DNA from: Caecitellus pseudoparvulus
Lineage: Eukaryota > Protista > Bigyra: Bicosoecida
Direction of reading: 5' to 3'
Length of the DNA stretch: 64,000 nt
NCBI GenBank assembly: GCA_965644315.1
Contig: CBFFRQ010000019.1
Location: forward strand, 372,001-436,000
The notes under the pieces are model-generated. The model was not told the DNA's origin and ran no database searches. It saw nothing but the letters and a program-made list of their open reading frames with translations. The position numbers and the translations under genes are program-made. This document shows positions 50,867 to 63,203 of the stretch, in pieces; position 1 is the first letter of the stretch; every line of letters begins with the position of its first letter.

Positions 50867-52008
50867 GAAGCCTCCTGTTGCGTGTGTGTGTGTAACGGGC
50901 TTTGTTCATAGGGCCGGCTGTGCACTGTGTGGCTGTGCGTGCGACGTGGGTGGGTGAAATTGTCCACGTTTTTGTCGCGGCGACGGCCGCTTGGCCCGAA
51001 GTGCTTCACGCACACCCTCCGTTGCAGCGGGCACCTCCGGCTGGGAAAGCCTGCTTTCGAGCTCCACAACTAGCTAGGATGAGCCTCCGGCGGGTTCGGC
51101 CGCGCGGCTGCCGCGGTGCGTGGCGCTGTGGCGTTGCTGGGCGCCATTTCTGGCGTGCTGATGTGGCGAGCGTTTTCACAAGCCTCGGGTTGGGTTCCGA
51201 CGGCTGATGAGGGGGGTCAAGGGGGCCATCCGCGCAGACGCACGCCCACATCAACGCCTGCCCTACCCAGTCCCGCACGCCCGACCAATTCACCATACCG
51301 AACACAACGCCACGAACCAGTGTCATGGCACGCCTGCCATTGCCTGTGCAGAGCAACCTGCCTGTTGCAGTCCAGCCTGCAACGCCAGCCGTCTGCTTGC
51401 CCTGCCCCTGCGCGTGCCTTCCCTACTAGGTCTCGTGAAACCTTACAGTAAGAAATTGCTGATTGACTACTGTAGGAGTTCAGGCTTATATCAGAAATGG
51501 CGAAATGAGGATTCTTGGGATATTTGAGTTGGGAACCCCACCAAAAACTGATCGATATGTACTTCATGCGGAATCAATCGCTTGCACTCGCCAGCCTGAT
51601 GCAGGTTTTGCTGTAGGTCGTAGTGATTGGCAAGTGAGAATTGCGGAAATCGGTTTGCAGGAATAAAATGATACTTCACTCAAATCCAACTCAGAGCATA
51701 CTAAAAGCTGCACAACTTATCCCAGTACTACGGACTTTAGTTTTGGCTTGGATTCTTTCCAGATGGCCGCCCATCCGGCTGGCGGGAGCCAGCATGGTTC
51801 CCAACCCCACTCAACAACCCCGAATGGCCAACAGGATGCCGTACAACGCGGAATCGTAAAACCCAGAGGAGTCCCAGTCCCAGATGACGTTGTACTGACC
51901 CTTTTCGCAGTGAGTTTTGGCGCTGGATCTTGCTGCTGTAGGTGTGGTACCCCACAAACCCGTTTCAAATGAAACGCCTAGATTGCCTCAAGCTGGCTGG
52001 AGAAGAAA

Positions 52009-53100
52009 ATGGACGAAGGTGGGTCCCTTGTCGATGCTCTTCCGCATAAAGCTGCAGAAAAGACCCAGTTTATCAAGTTCTTGGAGCGATTGATCAGCGC
52101 GGGAGCCGGAACCGTGGACGTCCCCGGTGGCGTTTCATGGCTGGTGCGGCCTGAGCATGCAGCTGCATACCTTGGCGTTCCAACAGAGGGAAACGTGGGC
52201 CCTGCAGGGCTGTACTGGTCTGCTGCACATGCCCAAGCAAAGTTGTCAGCTTTCTTGGCAGACCGCAAGAACGGGAAGTCTGTACAGAGGACTTTCCACA
52301 ACCTGCAATTGAAGGGCAGACTGCGACGGGGACTCAAGGAAGCCATCCAGGCCCTTGAGCTTCTTGCAGAGCATGCAGTGGAAAATCCAGCCGTGGCATT
52401 CCCAGAGGATCCAACTAAATGCCCTTCTGATCCAGCATTGCTCCCATTTTCAGCCTTGCTGCGGGTACATGTTCACAACCAGGAGGCTCACTCAGGTCCG
52501 TGCCTTGGCCCCACCCTGACTCCGGGAAGTGAAGAAGTTGCACGCTTCGCAGCAGCTTTCGGGTACATTCGTTACCATTCAGTGGTGCGCATGGCTGTTC
52601 GCGTGAACCCAAAGCTTGAGCGAAGCCGACGGAAGCGTCAGCGTACGTCCCCGGCCCTCGATCGACCACGGTCCAAATCGGTTCGAGGAGCTCAGACCCC
52701 AAGCCCGGGACAGGCGGGTACCCCTAGCAACATTGCTGATACGCTGGTTGATGAACTTACTGAGGCGGCATGTCAGATCGACCCCGCGGCAGTCCCCTTC
52801 TTGTCTGTCGAGACCGCTCTGTCTCTTGAGGAGCAAGACGCTGCAATCGCAGCAGTAGCACAAGCAACTGAGGCTTCAGCATCAAGACGCAATGCTGGAA
52901 ACCGCGGCAGTGACCCAAGCGGTCTGTTTCACAGCGCTGCAGTGCTTCGAAAGGCTGCCCAACAAGCAAAAGAGTGCTTCGATGTGTCAAGGGACTCTCA
53001 ACGCATGCACGACACTCTGAAGGAGGCTCTTGTCCAGCTCTTGGACAGGATGACGTCGATCGAGCAAGCAGTGACACGGATAGAGGCTCGTCTTGCATGA
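52009..53100 (+). CDS. Transposon accessory ORF, unknown function
   Basis: 363-aa intronless ORF inside the TIRs, convergent with the transposase; NLS-like RSRRKRQR and a C-terminal coiled coil. Confidence 0.7.
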   Translation: MDEGGSLVDALPHKAAEKTQFIKFLERLISAGAGTVDVPGGVSWLVRPEHAAAYLGVPTEGNVGPAGLYWSAAHAQAKLSAFLADRKNGKSVQRTFHNLQLKGRLRRGLKEAIQALELLAEHAVENPAVAFPEDPTKCPSDPALLPFSALLRVHVHNQEAHSGPCLGPTLTPGSEEVARFAAAFGYIRYHSVVRMAVRVNPKLERSRRKRQRTSPALDRPRSKSVRGAQTPSPGQAGTPSNIADTLVDELTEAACQIDPAAVPFLSVETALSLEEQDAAIAAVAQATEASASRRNAGNRGSDPSGLFHSAAVLRKAAQQAKECFDVSRDSQRMHDTLKEALVQLLDRMTSIEQAVTRIEARLA

Positions 53101-53269
53101 TCCAGGGGACACACCTTTCACTCCTTCCGTCCCGAGTGTAAAGTCATTGTATTTGTTGTGTATGGTGATCAGAGGAGGGAACAGGAGCGAGACACGGCTT
53201 TGCTGATCAATGCACGCTGCCGGGTGGGCCAGGGGGAAGACACCATTGAGAGGGGTGGTGTCCTCGAGC

Positions 53270-53770
53270 TCACTTCGGTAGGGCAGATCCCGCTGCCGTG
53301 GCTGTGCCTTGCGAAGCGCAGGAAAGTGTCAGCCGGTGAACGAGGTCGCCCCTCGTACCAATGCAAGACAACCCCGTTTCTTCACATCGTTGGCGAAGCT
53401 GGTCGATGGTCATCCGCGCTATCGAGTCCGGGTCCAGACAAGGGTCACCCTCAAGGAGAAGTCCAGACGCAAACTCCACGAGCGGGCTGTCCTCCAAACC
53501 AGATCCCGGACACTGCAACAGGCTAAGCTCCACTGGAGTGCAGTTCTTGTCCAATGCCAACCTCTCTGCGATCAGAGGGAGTGTGTTGTACAAGTGCGTC
53601 GCTGCTCCCGAGGAGTGCAGCTCTTGTTCCTCGGTTCCATCCTCGTGGTAGTAGTACACCTCCCACATTGCGGTGTAGGGGTGGACCAACACTGCGTAGC
53701 CTCGCTCGGGTTGTGACCCCCCGAGTACATGAGAGGTTCGTTTTGCCGAAGGACCATCCCGTGAAACCAC
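53270..53770 (-). CDS. SAP-domain ORF, possibly the spliced or frameshifted C-terminus of the transposase
   Basis: IARMTIDQLRQRCEETGLSCIGTRGDLVHRL fits the SAP consensus; overlaps the 3' end of the transposase ORF in another frame. Confidence 0.6.
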   Translation of the reverse strand: MVSRDGPSAKRTSHVLGGSQPERGYAVLVHPYTAMWEVYYYHEDGTEEQELHSSGAATHLYNTLPLIAERLALDKNCTPVELSLLQCPGSGLEDSPLVEFASGLLLEGDPCLDPDSIARMTIDQLRQRCEETGLSCIGTRGDLVHRLTLSCASQGTATAAGSALPK

Positions 53771-55479
53771 TTTCGCAGTCGTGGCATGACTTCCTGTTGT
53801 GCACTGCCTCGACTCCGTGTATGACGGGGTTGACCCGGCACAGCAGATGCTGTGCCGGGCTTCTTGCTCCTCTTCTTCAAGGATGACAAGCCCCCTTGGT
53901 CCAGGTCCTGCAGCACCTCGCGATCAAGTCCATGGAGCAGCGTCGTCATGGTTTGGATCTGCTCCCAAAGCTCTGACGAGGCCCCGCGAGGGGGCTGGGC
54001 TTCAACCTCAGGCGCAGATTCCCCTTGTGCATCACGCACAGCTTTGGCAACGGCCTGATAAGCCACCTTCATGGGTCGCTTGTTGCGCCGGACTTGCATC
54101 AGTCGGGGCAGGTCTTCAAATGTGCGATCTGCTGCCTCCCCTAATGCACGGTCGGCCTTTACAGTGAGATGGAGCAAGCTCAACGAGTGATTCTTTCGAA
54201 GCAGCCATGACTCGCTTCGGAGGCTGCGACGAGTGTAAAGCATCCGAAATGCAACAAGACCTGTGACCGCCTTGACCGTCAAGAGCAGAAGTGCCTTTTG
54301 GTCTGCGAGGAACGGCATCTGTGAGTGTCTTTCGCTCAACCTACCATTGAACGACTTGATGACGTTGTTGCAGTTCTCCACTACAAGCCTTGCGCTGCTT
54401 ATCATCTCCGTTCGCAGATCCAAGCTAAGCAGCATCCCAGACGCCATGCGCAGCCTCTCGAGCTCTTCGGCATCCTCCCACCCAGCCTCAATGTGCTGGG
54501 TGATCTTGTCGGCCCACTGTTTGAGGTGGGATGGCTTGTCTCCCGCTACAATGTGCTTGTTGGAGTGCCAGTACAATGCATCTCCTAGCAGCAGATCGCC
54601 TGGCTCCATGACTCCATGGCGGCGCAGGGTTCGCACCGCGTCTGACGCCGCCGCAACTTCAGACTGTGATCCAGGCCCCATCTCAAAAATAGCCAAGGGA
54701 ACTCCAGTGAGGTCTGTCACAAGCAGGAAGTCGTAACCTGGAATCTTGTGGTGGACGTTGTAGTGGGATTGGGGTCGGCCCGGCATCGCTTGCATCGGGA
54801 TGGTTACCCCATCCACTGCCCCGACAACACGGCCAAGTGCGCCGCCAAAAATCCCGTGAGACACGTCCCGCTGATCTTCGGGTATCTTGAGCATCAAATT
54901 TCTGGTGGCAACAGAGAGGACGAAGGGAATCACCTCCCGGAAGATCCCATGCATAGATCCTTCCGGCATCTTCGTAATGATCGCCAGAGCGGCAGGAGGG
55001 TGCCCACGGAGCTGGGAAATGCAAATGAAAATCCGTACAAAGGCTGAGTGCTGCTTGGTTTGCATGTTTTTGGCCTTTACGAGAGCTCTCTGGACTTCGT
55101 CAGAGAAGTGCCTGTACATCTCTGCGTTCATCCCCGTTAACCTCCAACAGTGCCTCGGGTTCTGCAGCGTCGCTTCAATAGACTGGCGAATGACAAGTGG
55201 CTTGATCCTACGAAGCCTACCTCTGCCTTTTGCTGCTCCGAACTTCGCTTCCCGCTGATCCCTGCGGGTGTAGCCTTCGGCTCGAAGCTGGCCTGCCAAG
55301 GCATGCACCGAGTGTACAAGCAACGACTGCCCTGTGACAAGTGAGGCCGCACCAAGGTTCATCATGTGGGCACTTGCTTCAAGAATTCCTTGAGCTATTC
55401 CGCGTGACGACCTTTCCGGGACAGCTGTGGCCGTTCGCAACGGGGCGCCGGATCGGTCTCGTTTCGTCGCCATCACCAC
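53572..55479 (-). CDS. DDE_Tnp_4 (IS5/Harbinger-type) transposase
   Basis: RLTGM N-terminal motif, HTH-like region, GAVDGVTIP, YNVHHK, LLGDALY, RLVVENCNNVIK catalytic D-D-E. Confidence 0.88.
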   Translation of the reverse strand: MVMATKRDRSGAPLRTATAVPERSSRGIAQGILEASAHMMNLGAASLVTGQSLLVHSVHALAGQLRAEGYTRRDQREAKFGAAKGRGRLRRIKPLVIRQSIEATLQNPRHCWRLTGMNAEMYRHFSDEVQRALVKAKNMQTKQHSAFVRIFICISQLRGHPPAALAIITKMPEGSMHGIFREVIPFVLSVATRNLMLKIPEDQRDVSHGIFGGALGRVVGAVDGVTIPMQAMPGRPQSHYNVHHKIPGYDFLLVTDLTGVPLAIFEMGPGSQSEVAAASDAVRTLRRHGVMEPGDLLLGDALYWHSNKHIVAGDKPSHLKQWADKITQHIEAGWEDAEELERLRMASGMLLSLDLRTEMISSARLVVENCNNVIKSFNGRLSERHSQMPFLADQKALLLLTVKAVTGLVAFRMLYTRRSLRSESWLLRKNHSLSLLHLTVKADRALGEAADRTFEDLPRLMQVRRNKRPMKVAYQAVAKAVRDAQGESAPEVEAQPPRGASSELWEQIQTMTTLLHGLDREVLQDLDQGGLSSLKKRSKKPGTASAVPGQPRHTRSRGSAQQEVMPRLRKWFHGMVLRQNEPLMYSGGHNPSEATQCWSTPTPQCGRCTTTTRMEPRNKSCTPREQRRTCTTHSL

Positions 55480-55967
55480 TGGGTGAGAATTCGGCTTGGA
55501 AGAGGAAACCGGGCGAACAAATGGCGGAAGTTATGAGAAAGCTTGAGGTTGGCCATGAATTGCGTGAAATTTTTGAGCCAGCGCTTATTCTGAAAGAGGT
55601 AGACGGCCTTGGGTGATTGGCCGTTTTCTTTCGGTGCCCGTAACGCCAACGGCCAACGGCACCATCAAACAAAAAACTCAAATTTGAAGTATTTGAATTT
55701 TGGCGAAGCCCCCCCGCCGGGTCTTGTTGCGCAAAACCTCCAAGAACGCAAAATTGCTCTAAGAATGTTGAGCATAGTGCTAGACCTTATATCAGTTTGT
55801 CCTACATTTGCCCTTATTGCAGGGTTTCACGAGACCTACCTACCCTACCGACAGCAGCGCGCTACAAGGCGGCCCCGCGCACACGTCACGCGCTCCCGCC
55901 CCTACACGCCCACCCCCGCACCGCCACGAGCAGAGGGCAGGCAGGGGGAGCTCTTCTGCGTCACAGC

Positions 55968-57560
55968 ATGGACCCCAGCTGGTCCCGCTTGCTCTTGCCG
56001 GCTGCAGTGCCGGCGCCACGCGCAGTGTTTGAAGGTGCTGCTGCAAGGCACGCCGCCGCTGCGCCAACCAAAAGCCAAAATGGCCAGGCGCCCGTGGCGG
56101 GCCACGGAGCGGGCGCAAACTTGCCACACGGCGCCATGACCATGCAATGTGGGTACTTGACACCCAACCTGCCTGACAGCAGCGGCCGTGCTGTGGGCTG
56201 GCCAGGTGACCACCTCGCAATGCCGCCGGCCAGTGCGCGAGGAGTTGGTCAGTGGTCAGCTTCCCGCGGCACGCACGACGCAACGCAGCCGCGGCATGGG
56301 CACACCATGGGAGGTCCTGGCAGGGGCCACCTTGTGGTGCCTGCTTCGGGGGGCGTGCCTGTTGCGCCAGCGCTCGGTGCGCCTCAGCGTGCTGCTGCTT
56401 CCACCGCTGCAGCAAGTCTGTCACTTGGACAGCCCGCAGGGGGGCAGCGCGCCACCACCACATCGGGCACCACCGGCGCGCCGGCGCAGGGTGGCAAGGC
56501 AGGCAAGCGCAGGGTGCTACAGCGTGGCAAGCACACCTTGCAGCCTTTGACGCAAGCGCAAGTGGACTCTGTCATCACGCCCGAGCTGCGGAGGCTGGCA
56601 GAGGGACTGTCCGTGTCAGGGCGTTCCCGCCTGCCCCTGCAGGCAGTGCAGCTGTTGCGGGCGTGGCTTTTGATGAATGATGCCTTCCCGTACCCTGATG
56701 GACTCAGCAAGCGGGCTCTGGCGGCGGCAACAGGTGCGTGCAGAGCTGCTGCCGGCGTTTTCTGACATGGCCTGACGTGCCACGCGTGCTGCATCTTGGC
56801 CACTCACACCATCACTCCCGCCCTCCGCACAGGCCTGCGCTCGGACCAAGTGACGACATGGTTTGCGAACCAACGCAAACGGCACTGGTTCCCCGACAAG
56901 CGCAAGCGGCTCATCCAGGGCGGCGCCAGGGGCAGTGACATGTCCACCGCGCCTTCGAAGGCGCCAGGCAGCAGCGCTGCAAATTCTCCTTCGCTGGCCG
57001 ACGAGGCGTGTGCAGCCGACGACGGCGCGCGGGACCGCTCCAATCGACGCCTGAATGTGGACAGGCGCCGATTTGGCACGCGTATTCGTGGGTTCCATAC
57101 AAAGGGCGGCTTCTCGCGCTATGATGTGCACAGCGAAGGAGGGGAGCGTGCGAAACGCCGGCGCAGCGGCAGGGCATACCTCGGCACTGCCGCCCAGCCC
57201 GCCTCAGAAGCCACCTGCTCGCCAACGCCCGACCAGGCGCACGGCATTGCCAAGGAGGGGCGGCGTGATCTCGCCATCGGCAGCCCTGCGCTGGTGTGGG
57301 GAGGGCAATGTCCGCATAGCCGTGACGTTCCGCCTCCAGAGCGAGCCCAACGCAGCGCGTCAGCGCTGTCCAGCGCCAGCGGCGTGTGGAGCGCATGTGG
57401 CTCAGGCTCAACGCCCACTTCATCCTCAACAAACCCCTCCCGATCTGGCGTGGGGCTTGGCTCCGCCCTTCAGTCGTCCACGTGGCACCTACAGGGCTGG
57501 CTACACACTTCCATGCCTCCGCAGCCGCCGCTGCTGCTGCCAGGCAGCACACAGCTGTGA
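55968..57560 (+). CDS. TALE-class homeodomain transcription factor; intron 56734-56832
   Basis: Splice gives LPLQAVQLLRAWLLMNDAFPYPDGLSKRALAAATG/LRSDQVTTWFANQRKRHW (PYP loop and WFxN helix 3). Confidence 0.88.
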
Positions 57561-58777
57561 GCTGGCTCGTGATTCATAATTCCGGCCTGTCTAGCAAGGA
57601 TAAGCAGGCCTTGGGCACCGCTGCCCGCGCCTGTGCACCTCAGCCTCGGCGCTTGCTGCCATGCCATTCACCTGGCCCGTGTAGCGGAAGACAGCCCGCA
57701 AACATCAGTTCGCCGTCGATGGCACTCTGCCCCGCGCCCAATGACCAAGTATTCCACCCACCCTCTCAACTTGTACCGTACTTCATTCCGCGGCCTTGGC
57801 TGCATGCGTTCATGCCCCTGGATGGGCGTGCTTGCAGCATGCGCCGGCGCGGTGCATGGGCGCTGCAGGGCTGCAGCACACCGCGCCGCGCCGGCGCACC
57901 TACCGCCCTGGCCGCCCCGCCCCGCAACGCACGGACTTGCCTTGCCAATGTACATACCGTGACCCTTCACCCCCGTGCATTGGCACGCGCTCTGTGTGAC
58001 TTGGCCAGCGCAAACCGCCTGTCCTGTCGACCAACGCAGCCACCGCGCTCAAACCCTTCGAGTTGCTTGTGAGCGCGGGCCGAGGGCGAGCAAGTGCTTC
58101 GCAGGTGCTGACCCGGACCAGAGACTGTGCATTCTCGCATCACGCTGCAGCACTGCGCCATGGGCAGTTGTGTCCAGCACTAGCATCCTCCACTGCCATG
58201 CGCTGCGTCGCTGCAGTTCCAAACCCAACGTTGCCACGCAGAGCGGCAAAAAACGGGCGGCATGCTGGGTGGCGTACCAGGGCCTGTCCACTGGCAGCAC
58301 CCTCGTGATCAGGGTCTCCAAGCACGTAGCTGGCTCATCAATCACAAGGCACTGCCTGCTGCAGCGCAAGGCGCGAGCAAGGCGGAGTTTGTGCAGCGTT
58401 GGAAAACAGTGCTGAAACGCCGTCTAGCACACTGCCTGCCGTCCACACACGCACACGCTGCAGGCGACGGCGCAGCCACATGTCAAGGTAAACTTGAAGA
58501 AAACATGGCACGGGCGTGTTCTGGAACAGTGGGGGGCGCGGCCAGGGCCGCTGCCTCGGCGGCAACGCTGGGCTTGATGAGCCTGGGTGCGGAGACGAGG
58601 CTTCTCTCTGCCCGACTTCGAAACTGCGCTGCAGCGCGGAGGATCGCAAGCAGCCGCTTGGGCGCCGAGTCAATGCAAAAGAGGCCTCTTCTTGGCTTGG
58701 TTGCTGCTTTCTCAGCCCTCTGCGCCCAGCCTCAGCTGCAGAAGTGGCAGAAAACTGGCGCGCCTTCGCGCACTGGC

Positions 58778-60625
58778 TCAGCGCGCAGCGGAGCCGGCAC
58801 CCGCAGAGGCCGGCGCGGCGGTGCCAGCAGCCTTGTTGGCGCTCATCTCCAGAGACAAGCGTGCGTACAGCTCCTCCTCGTCGCTGGAGACGTCCTCATC
58901 CTCCGCCACCGCCGTGGCTAGGAGGGCATCTTCAGCCTCGGGAAGGGGAAATCGAAGGATGGCCGCCACGCCGCCCAGCTCGCCCAGCTGCTGCCCTGAT
59001 GCATGCTGTGTGGAAAACACGTGCACCTTGCCCCCTGCCGCCTGCGTGTCCTCGGACAGGCGGATGTTTGCGGCGCGCTGCGCGAGATCAGCTGCTCGAA
59101 ACTGGTCGTCGGCGATGAGCAGCGTCTCCACAGCGCCGCGCTCAACGGAGTACGCGACAAATCGGTGGCCATACATGGCCCGTTCGGCATCTGTGTGCAG
59201 CAACTCGAAGAAACGCTTCAGCGCCATCACCTGTGCAGTCGGGAGCGCGTTTCTGTGCAACTGCTCTCGGGGTCGCTTGCGGCAATGACCAGATGGAATG
59301 CTCTCGCTGCGCCCGCTGCACAGACGTACCTGCGCCGCTGCCTTGGTGTCCTGCAGCAATTTCGCAACGGAGGGCTCAGCCAAGGCCTCGCTGAGGGCTT
59401 GCGTGCCGCCGCCACTCGTGTGCACTTGCAGGAACTTGCTCTTGTTGTGGAGCAGCGCTGCCAAGCCCTGGCGAGCGGCCTCTTCGAAAATGTACCTGCG
59501 AGGCGAGCAGCGAGGGGCGTGCGCCGCGGCGCAGGGACGCCAAGCCAGCACAGTACAGTGCCTGCAACTGTCACCCTGCCTGCGCAGTGGCTCACGCACG
59601 CATGCACTTCTTCCCGCACAAAGCCCGGCGACGCCAGCAGCACCGCCTTGACCTTGTCGAAGTCCACATGCTGCAGCAGCGCCGCGATGATGCTGTCCAT
59701 GAACTTCTTCTGCGCCTTGTCGTGGCCAGAGCCGCCTGAGCGCCGCTTGGGGATGTTCACCTGCACGCCGGGAAGGAGGGGGCAGCGGCAGGTGCAGTGC
59801 CGGACACGCCAGGGCCAGACCAGGGCGGCGGCACACCCACATCGATTTGGGCCCGCACGATGCTCAGCTCGCCCTTCAGCAGCACCAGCGTCGCACTTCC
59901 AGACGACAGCAGCAGGGCTGCCAAATCGGCAGAGCCAGCCAGCTGCGTAAGGGCGTGTGGCGGCGGGGTGAGCGTGGGCGAGGCACGGTGATGGCGCGTG
60001 GCGCAACGCACGTCTGTGGCGGCTTTCAGGCGCTCCTTGGACACAGCATCCCACGTCGCCTTCTCCACGGTGAACTTGCGGTCCACAGCCAGCTCGATGG
60101 AGTGGTACGAGCCCATCTGGCGTGGCGGCGGGCAGAGAGAGGCATCAGTGCGAGCGGATGGGGGGGGTGGACAGGGGGGCAGGGGGGGCTCACCGGCACG
60201 AAGCGGTTCTGGCTGACACACGGCCCCTTGACACGCAGACTGCCGCCCTCCACGTCGTAGTCCATGCCCTCCACCTGGCAAGAGGGGGGGGGGTCAAGGG
60301 GTGTGCGGCAGGGGGGGGGGTGCCACACCACCTGAAGCATACCTGGATGGACAGCGTGATGGCCTTGCGCTCAGTGCTGGTGGAGCCAGAAGAAGACTCC
60401 CGCGTGATCTGCGCTTCGAGGCGTGTGTGGGTGTGTGAGGGGGGGTGCGAGGGGTGGGCGAGGGGGGGGCACGAGGGGACGCACCTTGCGGAATGTGCCG
60501 CCTGTGATGGTGTCTCCCACAGAAATGAGGTTGTACGCGTGCCACAGGTCCTCGTCCTCCTCTGCCAGCAGAGTGATGCTGCCAGAGACTCCACCTCCAG
60601 TGAGGTGTTTCTTCAGCACGCGCAT
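58778..60625 (-). CDS. PELO: Pelota/Dom34 ribosome rescue factor (eRF1-like), many short introns
   Basis: EEDEDLWHAYNLI, MGSYHSIEL, WDAVSKERL, VNIPKRR, LLASPGFV, GAVETLLIAD, HVFSTQHASGQQL..LGGVAAILRFPLP spread across exons. Confidence 0.93.
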
Positions 60626-60865
60626 GGCGCTTGGGAAGGCTGCTGGCGAGAGGCGAGGCGGCGCCTGGTGTTGCTGCAGTGCAGTTTCCGCAGGCCAAGC
60701 GCACTGCGAGGTTCAGGGCTCTGAACGTGACCGCGACGGTTGCACAGAGCGGGGGTCGGCGAAGTGAAACACGGCGGGATGATGATCAAGCTGCATTGTG
60801 CAGTCATGGCTCACTTGCACACAGAACTCGTGCCGCTCGTCCATCGCCTCGCTCACTCTGCACCT

Positions 60866-63203
60866 TCACGCCCACGAAAACAGCTCCTCCGCACCCTCGT
60901 CCTCCCGGTCGGGCAGGCGGGCATACCTCTGCAACAACCCATACAACTTGCGCATGGCGGCCTTGGAGCGCCGCAGCTGCTCCTCCGCCCCCTCCAGCAA
61001 CGCGCCCCGCCCCGTGGCATACGCAGTCATGCGTTTGAGGGCGTTCTCCGTCTGTGACAGACGCTGGCGCAGGTGGGCTGCTTCCTCCACATTGGCCACG
61101 GCCACGGCTTCTGCTTCCCTTGCGCGCTCCTCAGCTGCCTGAGCAGCGGCCTGGGCCGCTTGCACGGACTGCTGCCCAGCTTGCTCTCGGCGCACGGCTG
61201 CAGCGTAGCGTTGCAGGAGCGTGCGCATTTGCTGCGCCGCTGCCCGCGAGAGGGCTGCAGGACTGAAGAGCTGTGGCACCTTCGCATCTTGCCCTGTGCG
61301 GCGCAGGTCGCGCATAAGTTGCAGGATGCCCGTTGGCGCGGGGTTTGCGTTGGGGTTTTCTGAGCCGGCGTTTCCTGCACCGCCCAACGCGGCCTGCACC
61401 CTTTCAGCCGGCACAGTGACGCTGGCCAGCGCATTGGTGCGCACATCCCCCGTGACAGTCGTGCCACGCACTCGGGACTTGGTCTTTTTCGGCTTGGCGC
61501 CGCCCCTTGCGGAGGAGGCGTGCTTGGCTGCTGCGCTGCCACGCCGTGCGGAGCGAGGCCTTCGCGCCGCAGTTGGTGACTTGCCGGCGCCCACTGCAGC
61601 GGGCGCTGCCGCTCGGCGTGAGCCGACACGTGCCTTCACGCGTTTCATCCGCGCAGTGTGGGAGGAAGCATCGGCAGCGCTGGGCGTGGGTGGAGGTGGG
61701 CCCAGCGCGCCGGGTGCTGCGGATTCCCGAGGCGGCGTGATGGCGTCTGGCGCAATGCGCAAGTACAGCTTCAGCAGGTCCCTGTACCCCACACCGCCGG
61801 CGTCCATGACTTGTTCCCGTTCAAGGCGTTTGATGCGGTCGAAACCCCGCCGCGCGCCCTGGTCTGCCGCCGCCTGCGTCGGGCTTGGGGAGAGCTTGTC
61901 CGCTGTGAAACGCGCGAAACGCAGCGCGTCTGCCCGCGAGAACCCCGCCAACTCCGCCTCCCCCTTCATGAGCGCCCGGGAAACGATGTCCCCCAGGTTT
62001 TGCGGCACAGTCCAGCTCTCAGGGCCCAGGTTCGCCTTCACGAACTCCCGAAAGGCTCGCCCGCTGGCGGTGACTTCCGCCTCGCCGCCCGTCAGCGTGT
62101 GATGCCCTGTGCGCTCCGCCAGCGCAGCCATACCGCGGGCATTCAGGACGCCCGAGTGAAATGCATCTCCCTGAGCGTGGATGGCCCGTGCAGCGGCCAG
62201 CGGGTACACCTCCGTCAGGGGCAGCAGAGAGGTTGCCGCCGCTTCAGCGTCCAGTGCGGCTGGATCGTCAGCTGACGTGCCCCGCCCCGCCGCCAGGCGA
62301 GCGATGGCGACTTTGGCAGCGGCAGCACCCGCATCCACCTGCCCTGCCCGCACCCCGCCCTCTCCCACCACGCCGAACCCCATCTCTCCAAACGCTGTCA
62401 GCACGTCCACGCCAGCCTGCAGAGCAGCTAACTCCGCTGGCTCGCTGGCCTCCTCTGAGCTGCCGTGGCGGCGGGGGGCGGCGGTGGGGCTGGCCACTCC
62501 CGCGTGCAAATTCCGCACTTGACTCCGCAGGTCCCCCACCGTGCGTTCCAGGAACCGGTTCTGCGCCGTCAACCCCGCTACCTGCCGCAGGAGGGAGGTG
62601 ACAGCGGCACCGGTGGGCCCACCCCCCGCATGGGCTGCGTCACCGTCTGCCGACTGCTCAAGGGAGTGCGTTGGGAGCTGCAGAGACCCCTCGGCGCCGC
62701 GTGTGGCGGACACATACGACCCCGAACCGGCGGGTGACTCGCGCAATGCCGCTGCGGTGATGGCTGACGCGTCCAGGGGCGCGCTGGCTGGGGACTGGTG
62801 GGCTGGTGAAGGGGGGATGAGACTGGCTGCCCACGCCTCATGTTGTGCTTGGGCTTGCTGATCTTGCCTGTGCCAGTCTGTGTGGGCGAAGGGGGGGGGG
62901 TGGCGAGGTGAGGCTTGCGCGGGCGTGTTCGATTTCCGCACCTTCGGCCATGGAGGCGGAGAGCGCGTCGCCCTGTGGCGCGTGCAGCATGCCCGCCTTG
63001 AACAGTGTGCTGTCTCGCAGGGCCTCTGTCATGGCGCGCCCGTCGCTCCTGCGCTCCGCTGCGGCGTGGGCCTGTGAGGCGGTCGCACGCGACGCGGCGT
63101 CACCCACGACACGCCGCGCAGGGCGTGAGGCGCCGCCTGGTGGCGACGAAAGGTCGCGCCGGGGGATGGTGCGCCCAATGGGCGAGCTGGGCATAGCTGC
63201 CAT
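60866..63203 (-). CDS. Host hypothetical protein with coiled coils; intron 62878-62941
   Basis: GTGCGG...CACAG intron joins MAAMPSS...SMAE to DWHRQDQQ... (691-aa frame). Confidence 0.55.

Larger units (their letters stand above)
51429..55836 (-). mobile_element. IS5/PIF-Harbinger-like DNA transposon, 4,408 bp, 24-bp TIRs, TA target duplication
   Basis: Left TIR GGTCTCGTGAAACCTTACAGTAAG (51429-51452) and reverse complement of right TIR GGTCTCGTGAAACCCTGCAATAAG (55813-55836) match at 21/24; TA at 51427-28 and 55837-38; lower GC than the flanks. Confidence 0.9.

Noticed and set aside
57560-58778. Additional gene between the homeobox gene and PELO
   Set aside because: No frame with recognisable motifs or consistent exon structure could be supported.
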